A DNA stretch of 63,203 nucleotides, filler included, from Octopus bimaculoides (taxonomy: Eukaryota): NCBI RefSeq assembly GCF_001194135.2. It is 6 parts of 6 records of this genome, joined end to end, with 100 filler letters (N's around TTAATTAATTAA, not from the genome) between each part and the next. Parts side by side here need not be neighbours in the genome. Positions count along the whole stretch, not along the records: positions 1 to 6,985 come from NC_068989.1; positions 7,086 to 24,164 come from NC_069008.1; 4 more parts are not named here. The stretch is one strand, 5' to 3'. The translations under genes and the position numbers were made by a program. Numbering within the stretch: the stretch's first letter is position 1; every line of letters begins with the position of its first letter. Positions 1 through 12,015 of this stretch are shown piece after piece. The notes under the pieces were generated by a model. The model had not been told where the DNA came from and made no database searches. It worked only from the letters and a program-made list of their open reading frames with translations.

Positions 1-370
1 AAAACTGTTTTTCTTTCCCGTTTAAAGGAAGGTGGCGGAACAATATTCACGATAGACTCGGCTGATAAGCGGACTCATCTTACACGTGACAACAGCCGTT
101 CGACGAAGGTCCACAGCTCTGAAATATCTGGACACTGCACGAGTGCGTACAGAACGGTTTCGTCGCTCTGACCGCATCTCGGGCAGGTCGGTCCGGTGGT
201 TTTCGAACCGTGTCTGTAGATCTTCTCTCGAACTGGTAGTGCGTCCCGATAGCATTGCCAAGCCAGGGATCTCTGGAAGTTATCCATAGGCCCCGGACTG
301 CGACTATTTCTGGCAAATCAAGCAATTGCCCATGCTTGTTACTTAGCTCCAAATAAGCCCTGACTGAACA
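1..370 (-). mobile_element. Tx1/L1-like non-LTR retrotransposon fragment, ORF2 C-terminal zf-RVT region
   Basis: Minus ORF 75..287 reads FQRSLAWQCYRDALPVREKIYRHG...TCPRCGQSDETVLYALVQCP, a CxxC...(H)xxxxC RT-associated zinc motif with His changed to Tyr. Truncated at the window edge. Confidence 0.8.
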
Positions 371-554
371 GACATGCCAGCCGTGACAATCGCGTCCTTC
401 TCCCCAACATCATATCAAGGACTACATTATTCATTCTGTCCCTCCTTTTCGAAGATGGTAGTGCGTGAATTTAAATTTTGGCTGCTATTTCTAACAAAGT
501 CAAGCGACCACCTAGAAATTCCTTCTTTGGCTAGTGCCGATGTCGCTGTTGTTG

Positions 555-607
<53 letters not shown>

Positions 608-1513
608 GGTGATGACGATATTGTTATTGTTGTTTACCCCTAGACAAGTTTCTCATCAGGCAGACTTATGGTTGAAGTCGTTCCAGCCATGGCCATTTTG
701 CAAAGAGCATACTCCAGTTTGTTCTTCCCCTTTTCAGATGATAGAATGTGACTTGGCGGTAAACTGGCTGCCGTTTCTAGCTGAACAAACGACCATGTAG
801 TGTTCACTCAGTAGTGGTGNNNNNNNNNNNNNNNNNNNNNNNNNNNNNNNNNNNNNNNNNNNNNNNNNNNNNNNNNNNNNNNNNNNNNNNNNNNNNNNNN
901 NNNNNNNNNNNNNNNNNNNNNNNNNNNNNNNNNNNNNNNNNNNNNNNNNNNNNNNNNNNNNNNNNNNNNNNNNNNNNNNNNNNNNNNNNNNNNNNNNNNN
1001 NNNNNNNNNNNNNNNNNNNNNNNNNNNNNNNNNNNNNNNNNNNNNNNNNNNNNNNNNNNNNNNNNNNNNNNNNNNNNNNNNNNNNNNNNNNNNNNNNNNN
1101 NNNNNNNNNNNNNNNNNNNNNNNNNNNNNNNNNNNNNNNNNNNNNNNNNNNNNNNNNNNNNNNNNNNNNNNNNNNNNNNNNNNNNNNNNNNNNNNNNNNN
1201 NNNNNNNNNNNNNNNNNNNNNNNNNNNNNNNNNNNNNNNNNNNNNNNNNNNNNNNNNNNNNNNNNNNNNNNNNNNNNNNNNNNNNNNNNNNNNNNNNNNN
1301 NNNNNNNNNNNNNNNNNNNNNNNNNNNNNNNNNNNNNNNNNNNNNNNNNNNNNNNNNNNNNNNNNNNNNNNNNNNNNNNNNNNNNNNNNNNNNNNNNNNN
1401 NNNNNNNNNNNNNNNNNNNNNNNNNNNNNNNNNNNNNNNNNNNNNNNNNNNNNNNNNNNNNNNNNNNNNNNNNNNNNNNNNNNNNNNNNNNNNNNNNNNN
1501 NNNNNNNNNNNNN

Positions 1514-1589
1514 GATGACTGTGGCGGTGGCGGTGGTGGTGGTGGTCGTTATGCTGGTGGTAATGGTGGTCGTCGTAGTTTTAGTGGTT

Positions 1590-1666
<77 letters not shown>

Positions 1667-1770
1667 AGTAGTGGTAATAGTAGTAGTAGTAGTAGTGGTA
1701 GTAGCTGCAGCAGTGACGGTGGTGGCGATGGTGGTGGTGGCGGTGGTGGTGGTGGTGGTGGTGGTAACGT
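1514..1770 (+). repeat. Compound (GTA)n/(GTG)n trinucleotide microsatellite
   Basis: Direct reading; it explains the poly-V and poly-P ORFs. Confidence 0.95.
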
Positions 1771-2333
1771 AGGAGACACCACCAGTGAATATACAGTTGT
1801 ATGGCTTGATAAGCCTAACTAGAATTCTCCACGGCTTTAGAAAGGTGTGAGGGAAGGGTGTCTAACGTGTTCTATGCGTGTGTTTATGTGTCTGTTTGTA
1901 TGTGTGGCTGTGTGCATATGTGCGTGTGTGTGCATGTACATATATTTATATATATATATATGTATACATACATATACATACAAATACACACATACACACA
2001 CGCATGCACAGTATGACTTGTGGGAGTGTGTTTAACGAATGTATATGTGCGTATGTATGCGTAGCATATGCATAGCATGTCTATGTATATGTGCATATGT
2101 ATGTATATGTATGTGTGTGTATATATGTGTGTGTGTGTGTGTGTGCATCGTGTGTGTGAGTAAGCGTGTGTGTTTATGTGTGTGTGATTGTGTGTGCATA
2201 TTGTGTGGTGGAAGAAGTAGTGTGTATATATATATATATGTATATGCGTATATATGTATTCTGTTTGTGAGTGTGTTGTACAGTATAGTAATTATATGCT
2301 GTATGTGTTGCGTGTGTACTTGTATTCGTGTTA

Positions 2334-2379
<46 letters not shown>

Positions 2380-3179
2380 ACTTGCTTGTGTGTTCGGGAG
2401 TGGTGCCGGGGTGGTGCTGGGGTACGGCGCGTGCGAGTGAGTGTTATGTGTTTTTCAGCATGGCCGAATGATTAAGAAGTTCGCTTCGCAATCACCTTGT
2501 CTTGGGTTCGATCCCCCAACGTAGCATCTTTGCTAGTTGTCTTTTACCATAGCCCCGAGATCCAACCAAGTTATATGAGAGAAATTAATGACACAGAGAC
2601 TGTAAAGAAACCCATTGAATGGATTTTACTTGTAATTAAAATAAGGTCGACTTTGTCACACACTTCTTGAGTATTATGGTAAGAATACACATAACTACGG
2701 GATACTCAGCCACTTATATACTAAGCCAATGAGTAAATGCTGCAGGTGATCGAACACTGACTGGAGTTCATTGCTTGCAATGGTTCTCAGCCATTTTTTA
2801 TCTATGGACCCCTTTGGTTACTAGTTTAATCTCGTGGGCCACCCATAGCGATTTGATGTTTAAAAATTTGTTTTATAGAGACTTCTTTCAACATTCATTT
2901 TTTTTTTTTTCACACATTAACTTATGTACGAGAATACGACGTCCCCTGGTGAGAATGGATTGGACCACTACATAAAAATAGTAGTTCGTGCTAGTTCCAC
3001 AGTTCGTGCATTGATAGTTTTGTCCCCACTGTGGTGTTCTGTCTGTCCTTGTGCTGTCCCCCATCTGTGCTATGGCCGTAATGCCTAATAAAGAATAAAC
3101 GTGTATTGATAGTACAAAGTTGAAGTTCAAAGTTTATAGTTCAAGTTAGCGTGTTGGATTGTTGGTCCTTAAAAGATTG

Positions 3180-6100
3180 TTGTTACATTCTGTGTGGTTA
3201 CTGTAGTTTCTTTCCATTGTATTGTTATTACACTGTTGCAATGTATTCGTTTATCCAGAAGGATATAAGATCTGGCGACGGGGATCGTTCGAAACTCACA
3301 TTGGTTACTTGACAATTTCTGCGTCATGGAAAGCATATTAGCCGCAGTAGAACAGTTTCAAGACAAGCAACAGGAACAACTACAGGAGTTGCAAGAACAA
3401 ATACTACAGTAACACCAACAACAATTAATTGAGTTACAGTCGGTGAAGTCCGAAAATCTGGTGAGCTCGTTTATGCCAGACGGCGTGGCTAACGCAGTTT
3501 CCGAATTTACGTATAATCCGGAGGAGGGTATTATGTTTCCCGCATATTATAGGAGGTACGATGAAATTTTTAACAACGAGTGCAAGTCATGGTCGGAAGA
3601 GCAGGAAGTAAGGCTTTTACTACGCAAGGTAGCTCCTGCCGAACTGTAACTTTATTCTGCCCAAAAAGTCGAGTGAGATTGGTTTCCAAAAAACCGTGGA
3701 ACTGCTTTCAAAGATTTTTTTTTGTGATAGAAGTTCATTATTCAGCACCAGAATGGAGTGTTGGAATTCAACAAAAAATGAGGAGGAATATTTCATCAGC
3801 TACGCTGGAGCAGTCAACCGGATGTCCGAAAATTTCAAACTCCAGGATCTCACTCAAGATATATTCAAATCACCTATCTTCGCGCAAGGATTTTATAGTA
3901 CCTGAAGATAGAGAAATTTGGGCAAGGTTTCTCTCGAAAATGGAGCATGTGAACCAGGATTTGTCTCTACAGACCATCGTAGAAGAATATCAGACTATGG
4001 TAAATCTTAAACATGATGGGAAAAAAATACAAGACTCTGCAAAATCCAAAAGTGTCGTCCCGGAAAGCACAATCAAAAAAAGTGTGAGGCCCCAATCCAT
4101 GTTATGGTTGTGGAGGCCTACACTACGAAACGGATTGTCCGTTTAAAAACAAAATGTGCTATAGTTGTCAGAAGCTGGGGCACAAGAATTCTCATTGTAG
4201 AACAAGACTACGAGATTCAAACACAAAAAGTTCTAAAGTGTTTTCAGCGGGGAGTGATTGTGACGGAAAAACAAAACAAAAAAGTTCGTGCACGTAAAAA
4301 TAAACGATGTGAATACCAAATTACAATTAGACACAGGTAGAGACAACTCGATTATAAATGCGGATACTTGGAGAAAAAAAACGGTATTACGTAAAACAGC
4401 AAAAATAGCACGTGGTGTAACAGGAAATAAATTACATTTCATGGCCAAAACATGTATCAACGTCACATTTTGAGGAGAGACATGCGAAGTAAGTTTATTC
4501 GTTGTGGATAATACAATCAACCTGTTTGGCCCAGATTGGTTAGAACTATTCGATTTATGGCACTTCTCCAAATATCTTTACTGCAATGACACGTTAGAAA
4601 CGAGTCTTCGGAAAAACTGAAGAAAAAATTGAAAAAAATACTCCCGCAAGTGTTATCAGAGGATTTAGGTCTGTGTAGAAAGACGGAAGCCTATTTCCAA
4701 GTAAGTGAAAATGCAGTACATGTATTTAAAACAAACGGAAAAGTACCGTTCGCGGTAATTGAAACAGTAAATGAAGAGTTGGACAGACTTGAAAGGAGGG
4801 GAGTCATCAAAAAGGTGGATTACTCGAAGTGGGTGGCACCTACGGTATGTATTAAAAAATAATAATAAGATTAGGCTGTGTGCCGATTTCTCTACAGGAT
4901 TGAGCGACCGCTTAAGAACATACCACCATCCACTTCCGACTGCAGAAGACATTTTTTCAAAGTTAAATGGTGGGAAAATGTTTTCCAAATAAGATCTGTC
5001 TGAAGCCTATTTACAGATAAAAGAAAATGTAAAATGGTCAAAGTATTTGACAATGAATACACACAGCAATTATCTTGGATTAAAAGTGGCACCAGCAATA
5101 TTCCAGAAAATCATGGATTCTATGTTATATGATTGTGAATTTGCAATCCCGTACTTGGACGATATTTTGATCAAGAGTAATTCTCGTGAACGGCATGTGG
5201 AACACATAAAAGCTGTGTTTAAGAAAATTCAAGTTTTCGGGTTCAATTTGAGTGAAGAAAAATGCAAATTCTTTCTACTCCGAATTAAGTACTTAGGACA
5301 AATAATTGATAAAAGTTGTAAACGCTCTGACCCATTGAGGGCAGAGGCAATAAGGAATATGCCTGCGCCAATAAATATTCCAACTTTACAAGCATTTCTT
5401 GGGTTGGAAAACAATTATCAAAACTACATTTCTAACATGCACAAAAATGAGAGCTCCATTGGGCAACTTATTAAAAACAAGAAGTAAAGTGGAATTGGTC
5501 GGTTAAATGCCGAAACGCATTTGAAGAAATAAATAAAAAAATCTAATCTCAGACTTGTCGTTAGCACATTACGATCCCGAAATGGACATTATTGTAGCGT
5601 CTAATACTTCCAAATATGGATTAGGTGTAGTTCTACTTCATGGATATGAAGAAGGAAGTATAAAACCAGTGGTTCATGTTTCGCGCTCGCTAAAAGCGAC
5701 AGAAAATAGACCTAGTTAAATTGAAAAAGAGGCCCTAACACTTATTTTTGCAGTTAAAAAATTTTACAGATTTATGCATAGCAGGAGTTTTTTATTGCAA
5801 ACAGATCATAGATCTTTGTTGTCGATTTATGGGTCTAAAAAGGGGCTACCGACTCATACTGCGAACTGCCTGCAACATCAGGGTGTGAATTACTAAATTA
5901 TAATTTCAAAATGTAATACATTCCATCGAAAAAAATTGGCCATGCGGACTGCCTTTCGAGATTAATTCCAAAACATATGGAACCACTAGAAGAGTCTGTT
6001 TTAGCCGCACTACAGACAGAAAGTGAAATTAAAGTTTAATGACGAACATTATACAAGAACTGCAAGTGATGGCACAGGATATAAGAATGAAAACTGTAGG

Positions 6101-6760
6101 TGATGAGTATGTTGTTGTTGTTGTTGGCACTCCGTCGCTTACGACGTCGAGGGTTCCAGTTGATCCGATCGACGGAACAGCCTGCCCGTGAAATTAACGT
6201 GCAAGTGGCTGAGCACTCCACAGACACGTGTACTCTTAACGTAGTTCTCGAGGAGATTCAGCGTGACACAGTGTGACAAGGCTGACCCTTTGAATTACAG
6301 GTACAACAGAAACAGGAAGTAAGAGAAAGTTGTGGTGAAAGAGTACAGCAGGGTTCGCCACCATCCCCTGCCGGAGCCTCGTGGAGCTTTAGGTGTTTTC
6401 GCTCAATAAACACTCACAGTGCCCAGCCTGGGAATCGAAACCGCGATCCTATGACCGCGAGTTCGCTGCCTTAACCACTGGGCCATTGCGCCTCCACAGG
6501 TGATGAGTATATTACGAAAATAAAAGAAGCTTTAAAAAATAAACAATAAAAATTCAGATGCCAATAGTTTTTTAGTTTGCGACGATATTCTGTTGTATGC
6601 CCAAAGAGTGGTGGCTGGAACTACATTAGAAAAAGATGTATTGCAATAATTTCACGGCAGACATCCAGGAATGGGGAAATGAAGACTCTCATGAGAAGTT
6701 ATGTCTGTTGATCGTCTATGAACCGAGATACCAAAAAGTTGGTGAGAACGCGCCGAGACC
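3180..6760 (+). mobile_element. Decayed Ty3/Gypsy LTR retrotransposon internal region (gag-pol), many stops and frameshifts
   Basis: PBS-like TGGCGACGGGG at 3273. Gag with tandem zinc knuckles CYGCGGLHYETDC and CYSCQKLGHKNSHC (4100-4198). Protease LQLDTG at about 4320. RT motifs IRLCADFSTGL and YLDDILI. RNase H EKEAL..IFAVKKF..F.LQTDH. Start of the integrase zinc region at about 6660-6760. No 3-prime LTR seen; the 5-prime LTR boundary was not resolved. Confidence 0.92.
6111..6497 (-). mobile_element. Full-length tRNA-derived SINE with (AAC)n tail, inserted into the Gypsy pol
   Basis: On minus: A-box TGGCCCAGTGG and B-box GGTTTCGATTCCC. Exact 13-bp TSD AGGTGATGAGTAT at 6098-6110 and 6498-6510. 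Confidence 0.92.
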
Positions 6761-7029
6761 GATAGAATAAGTACTAGGCTTACAAAGAATAAGTCCTGGG
6801 GTCAATTTGTTCGACTAAAGGTGGTGCTCCAACATGGCCGCAGTCAAATGACTGAAACAAGTAAAAGAAAAAAAGAATAAAAGAATGTGTGTGTGTGTAA
6901 CGATTAAATCAAATACTTTACATTTTATAGTCTTTTGTTATGCACGTGAATCCCCGGTCCGTGGAAAATTTTTCCATGAAACCGANNNNNNNNNNNNNNN
7001 NNNNNNNNNNNNNNNNNNNNNNNNNNNNN

Positions 7030-7041
7030 TTAATTAATTAA
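7030..7041. other. Artificial gap linker TTAATTAATTAA (also at 24209-24220, 34031-34042, 42437-42448, 62074-62085)
   Basis: Identical 12-mer centred in N runs (44 N + 12 + 44 N at the first site); puts stop codons in all six frames. Confidence 0.93.
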
Positions 7042-7107
7042 NNNNNNNNNNNNNNNNNNNNNNNNNNNNNNNNNNNNNNNNNNNNCTGTGTGGCTAATAA
7101 AGAAACA

Positions 7108-7140
<33 letters not shown>

Positions 7141-8017
7141 GTGTGTTTGTCTGTGTGTGTGTGTGTCTGTCTGTCTGTCTGCCTGTCTGTCCGTCTGTCA
7201 GTCTATCTGTTTGGAAGTTATCAAATCGGTCAGCCAGTGCCGGTGACCCGTGAAAGGCACCCGTGCATCCTAACGCCACCCAAAACACTCTGTGGAGTGG
7301 TTGGCATTAGGAAGGGTATCCAGCTGTAGAAACCAAGCCAAAACAGACTGGAGCTTACCGCAACCTTACCAGTGAAAGCGTCTTACCCATGCTAGCATCG
7401 AAAAAGGATGCGAAATGATGATGATGATGATGGTGGTGGTGATGATGATGATGATGATGATGGTGATGAGTGCTTCGCATGCTACACTTCCTATGATATT
7501 GAATACTCTTTTCTCTGACAGAATTCACTAAACAATTGTGTATACACACAACGTTTTTATTACATGCTATTTATAGCTTTATGTAAGGACGCTTCGAAAG
7601 CCAACGTACTTAATATTGAATTACTTTTCAGACTTAATAGAAAAATACGGGAAATTCCTATGGTTCACCAATGTGTAAGTGAGTGTGTGTGTGCGTGTGC
7701 AAATGAAACGGGAATCGTCTAACTTGCTGACGTGCAACATGATTATTATGAAAGCAAAATCATGTCGTCTTACGCATGAAGGATTGTAGTCGTCACACAT
7801 CATTCCCATTGCCTACTGACTTAAATACATGGAGGATCTAGGCTTGGTGAATGATAAAATCAACATTATTCTCTCTCACACACACGAATACGTCGACATA
7901 TTGTTTTATTCTTTTGACTTGTTTCAGTCTTCCACGGCATCAGGAGCAGAATGAGGTCAAACAGCTCCGTGTTTCGCTAACACAGAGTTTTCTACGTGTT
8001 TTCCCCGAACATAAACC

Positions 8018-8381
8018 TTTAGTAGAAAGTGGGTTATACATCTTTAGATTGTATACCTGACTTTCCTACTATAAACTTAGAATATAACGGAACGCTGAAC
8101 TCCAGACTATCAACTTAAACAACATTTATTCAGGTGGTAAATATATACATCATTAGTTCTTGTTGTTACAGCTTCTGTGTGTATGAGCATAGTTGTTGGG
8201 ACGTGGGTATGTAGTTGTGAGCGAGCTGTCGAGCGTAAGTCCGAAAGATGTAGAGAGACAGCTTAAACACACGTCCATGCTCAATCGCTGGCCAGCGAGA
8301 AAGAGAATGAATTGAGCGGGAACGCTTGGTTGTTTAATTCTACGCATGGGTAAGACTACGCATGCGCACGGCGTTACTACA
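8018..8381 (-). repeat. LTR-like repeat, copy 1
   Basis: Diverged direct repeat of 9061-9413. On minus it begins TGTAGTAACGC and contains AATAAA. Confidence 0.6.
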
Positions 8382-8479
8382 AACCCTACTATGATTTTTC
8401 CGGATGTTTTTAATATAAGCCCTACCCCGATAATAAGACCTAGTCAAAAATACATCAGCTTGTTAGTAAGACCAATGTG

Positions 8480-8985
8480 GTGTTTGCAAAATAAACTAAG
8501 TACCGCAGCTTGGCTAAAGTAGTTGATTCCCTTGTCGAAACATGGGTCCATCACTACGATCCTACCTCTAAAGAAAGCTTTTGTCCAACCCTTAGCAAGC
8601 AAGGTGATGCTCAGTCTTTTGGGACCAGCGCGTTGTAGTGGTGGTGGATTTTCTGACAAAGGGCACCACAATTAACGGAGCATGTTATGCTTCTCTGCTG
8701 CAGAAATTGCGGGACGCCATCAAAACAGAGGGGCATAGTATGATGACCAAAGGAGTCTGCCTCTTCCAAGACAATGCCCCACTTCACAATGCGCATGTTG
8801 CCCAGATGAAAGCACACTCCTGCGGCTATGAAACCCTTCCTCATCCCCTTTACTCTCTCGATCTCGAACCACATAATTTGCACCTCTTTCCAACCGCGAA
8901 GTCGTTTTTGAAGGGGAATAATTTTTCGGATGATGATGAAGTTAGTTCCGAGGTAAAATCTTGGCTCCAGACGCAACCTACTCTG
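8480..8985 (+). mobile_element. Mariner transposase fragment (catalytic domain, inactive)
   Basis: ETWVHHYDP; VDFLTKGTTINGACYASLLQKLRDAIK; FQDNAPLH; HPLYSLDLEP (degenerate HPPYSPDLAP). Confidence 0.92.
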
Positions 8986-9060
8986 ATAGAGTTTCACGTC
9001 CCTGTTTGTCAGACTTCACAACTGTCCAACGAACGAGAACATGAAACTCTGAGTAACAGT

Positions 9061-9413
9061 TTTAGTGGAAAGTGGGTTATACATCATTAGATGTATACCT
9101 GACTTTCCTATATAAAATTAAGAATTAACGGAACGCTGAACTCCAGACTATCAACATTTATTCAAGGTGGAATATATACATCTTTAGCTCTTGTTTGTTG
9201 AGACGTCTTCTGTGTGTGTGAGCATGGTTGTTGGGACGTTGGTATGTAGATGTGAGCGAGCCGTCTAGCGTAAGTTCTAAAGATGGAGAGAGACAGCTAA
9301 ACACGCCCTTGCTCAATCGCTGGCCAGCAAGAAAGAGACAGATCAAAGCGGGAAAGCTTGGTTGTTGAATTCCACGCATGCGTGAGACTACGCATGCGCA
9401 CAGCGTTACTACA
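9061..9413 (-). repeat. LTR-like repeat, copy 2
   Basis: See copy 1. Shared blocks include ACGGAACGCTGAACTCCAGACTATCAAC and GCTCAATCGCTGGCCAGC. Confidence 0.6.
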
Positions 9414-9458
9414 CAGTGTTTTGTCACTTGTGAAGGTTATCTCTACAGATATATAAAT

Positions 9459-9561
9459 TATAACCAGCGCTGATTTTTGCTTCGATGTTTCGTATCAGAG
9501 ACGTCAGATGTAAATAAACTATGAAATCGAAAGGTTGTAACAAAGATCAGTGCTGGTTATA
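9459..9561. mobile_element. Small MITE-like element with 20-bp terminal inverted repeats
   Basis: TATAACCAGCGCTGATTTTT vs the reverse complement of the right end, TATAACCAGCACTGATCTTT (18/20); TA at both ends. Confidence 0.5.
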
Positions 9562-11089
9562 CACTCCAGCATGGACAACAGACGTTAAATGATGACGACG
9601 ATGATGATAATCTGTAGAGATAATTTTAACAAGTGATGTAAGAGCACTGCTAACACAGTAGAACGCGGTAGTGACCTATAAAAACGTTTAATATACTTTA
9701 TAGTGCATTATAGTAGCATAACGAAATGCTACGTTCCTACAAGTCATTAATAACAGTTTTATGATAATTTGGCAGCTTTAATAAAAGTGTGTGAAAAGGT
9801 CGAATCATGTTTCATCCTTTACTTTGGAGGGTTTCAAAGGACGATTCTTCATATTTCGCTGGTAGCTCAATGGCGTAAGATTTGTGCGAATATGAAAATA
9901 TTACATGTATATGGTGTGTTATGAGAATTTATGGAAAGGTATCCCATAGGAACTCAACAAATTTGTTAAAAATGGAGAAGAGAAGATGTTAAAATTTGAA
10001 AGAATTTTAATAAATGCATACGATCGTTTCAAACAGCGATATTAACATGTAAATACATGGTGGAATAATTAAAATTAATTTAAAATAAATTAAGTTTTGA
10101 TTAATAGATTGTATCACTGATTTCGTTCCATAGTTTTGAGCGTAAGCAGAATAACGTTATCGTTAGATAGTATTAGGGCGTGATAATTAGGTTATGTCCT
10201 CGATATCGTTCCGTAGTATATTAGGCTGTTCTTTGCGAATGATATATGTAAGATTATGTCNNNNNNNNNNNNNNNNNNNNNNNNNNNNNNNNNNNNNNNN
10301 NNNNNNNNNNNNNNNNNNNNNNNNNNNNNNNNNNNNNNNNNNNNNNNNNNNNNNNNNNNNNNNNNNNNNNNNNNNNNNNNNNNNNNNNNNNNNNNNNNNN
10401 NNNNNNNNNNNNNNNNNNNNNNNNNNNNNNNNNNNNNNNNNNNNNNNNNNNNNNNNNNNNNNNNNNNNNNNNNNNNNNNNNNNNNNNNNNNNNNNNNNNN
10501 NNNNNNNNNNNNNNNNNNNNNNNNNNNNNNNNNNNNNNNNNNNNNNNNNNNNNNNNNNNNNNNNNNNNNNNNNNNNNNNNNNNNNNNNNNNNNNNNNNNN
10601 NNNNNNNNNNNNNNNNNNNNNNNNNNNNNNNNNNNNNNNNNNNNNNNNNNNNNNNNNNNNNNNNNNNNNNNNNNNNNNNNNNNNNNNNNNNNNNNNNNNN
10701 NNNNNNNNNNNNNNNNNNNNNNNNNNNNNNNNNNNNNNNNNNNNNNNNNNNNNNNNNNNNNNNNNNNNNNNNNNNNNNNNNNNNNNNNNNNNNNNNNNNN
10801 NNNNNNNNNNNNNNNNNNNNNNNNNNNNNNGTATAACTAGACACATACACGCGCATACTGACATATATATATATATATATTTATATATACATTTTATATA
10901 TATATATATATATACACACACATACATACTTATAAGAGCGTGTGTACATCCTGTAGTAGTTTGATACGTAACTAAGGATCCTACTTCGTTTCGTACCCAT
11001 GTGTAGGTTGTGTTGTGTCTGAGGCTTGATGGCCATGTGGAAGTACTAAACGTCCGTATTATATTACATATTAGAAATACAGTGACGGA

Positions 11090-11264
11090 ATGTCGAGGGA
11101 GAAGCAGGTGATGGCCAAGCGGAGCGTGGCAGAGGTGTCCAGCGAGCAGGCGAAACCTTACAAGAAGAAGAAGAGAGATTGTGTGACGGACGAAGCGAAG
11201 TCTTTGCACGGTCTCTCCATCAATCCGCGTTACATGAAAGAAGACCTGATCGAGTATTTGAGGC
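11090..11264 (+). CDS. OGFOD1: OGFOD1 exon 1 (start and donor uncertain; could extend to 11423)
   Basis: [29 protein letters not shown] is a basic NLS-like N-terminus. Donor C|GTGAGT at 11265 is phase 1. A second ATG at 11111 is a possible start. Confidence 0.7.
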
Positions 11265-11967
11265 GTGAGTTTAGCTCAGCCAGTGCTGCTGCATCGCCGA
11301 CAGTCCGAACCTGCTGCACCAGTGCCAACGATACCCCGATCGCCACCACCACCACCAACAACAACAGCAACACCGTGACCACCACCTCTAACAACAACAA
11401 CTACAGATCCGCTGAACATTCCAGTTGAGTAAAAAACATTTCATTTATTTAATTAATTAAACGATTGTTTTTCCCTCTTTTCTGTAAATTAATAATTGTG
11501 TCTGTTTTGTTTGTCTTTGTTTTTCCTAATCCACCCGTATCGCGAACCTGTTTATTAATGATTCTTCCTAATTTTGTCACAAGGCCAGCAATTTTGAGGG
11601 GATTAGCGTTTGATCGATTGCATTAACTGGTACTTTATTTTATCGGCCCTGAGAGGATGAAAGGTAAAGTTGACCTCGGCGACACTTGAACTCGAAATGT
11701 AAAGAATCGGAAGAAACGCCTTTGACCATTTTCACCAACATAGGAACAATTCGGCCACCTCACTGCCTTACGGTGTAACCATCCTTTCTACAATAGGCAC
11801 AAAGGGCTGAAACTTTGGGGGGTGGGGTGGGGGAGACTAGTCGGTTACATGGGATTCAGTGTTTCACTGCTACTTAGTTTATTGACCCCAAAAAGATGCA
11901 AGATAAAATCGACCTCGGCGGAATTTGAACTCGCCAAGTGTGCTAACAATTCTGCCAGCTCACCACC

Positions 11968-12015
<48 letters not shown>

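Noticed and set aside
814-1782. Long ORFs in the track (poly-X, poly-V, poly-[13 protein letters not shown] types, here and throughout)
   Set aside because: They are translations of N gaps and microsatellites.
6420-6497. tRNA gene
   Set aside because: The A/B boxes belong to a SINE head continuous with a body, tail and TSD; no standalone cloverleaf with a proper acceptor stem.
8638-9090. SETMAR-like host gene
   Set aside because: No SET domain, frameshifts upstream, and the third catalytic Asp region is degenerate; it is a transposon fossil.
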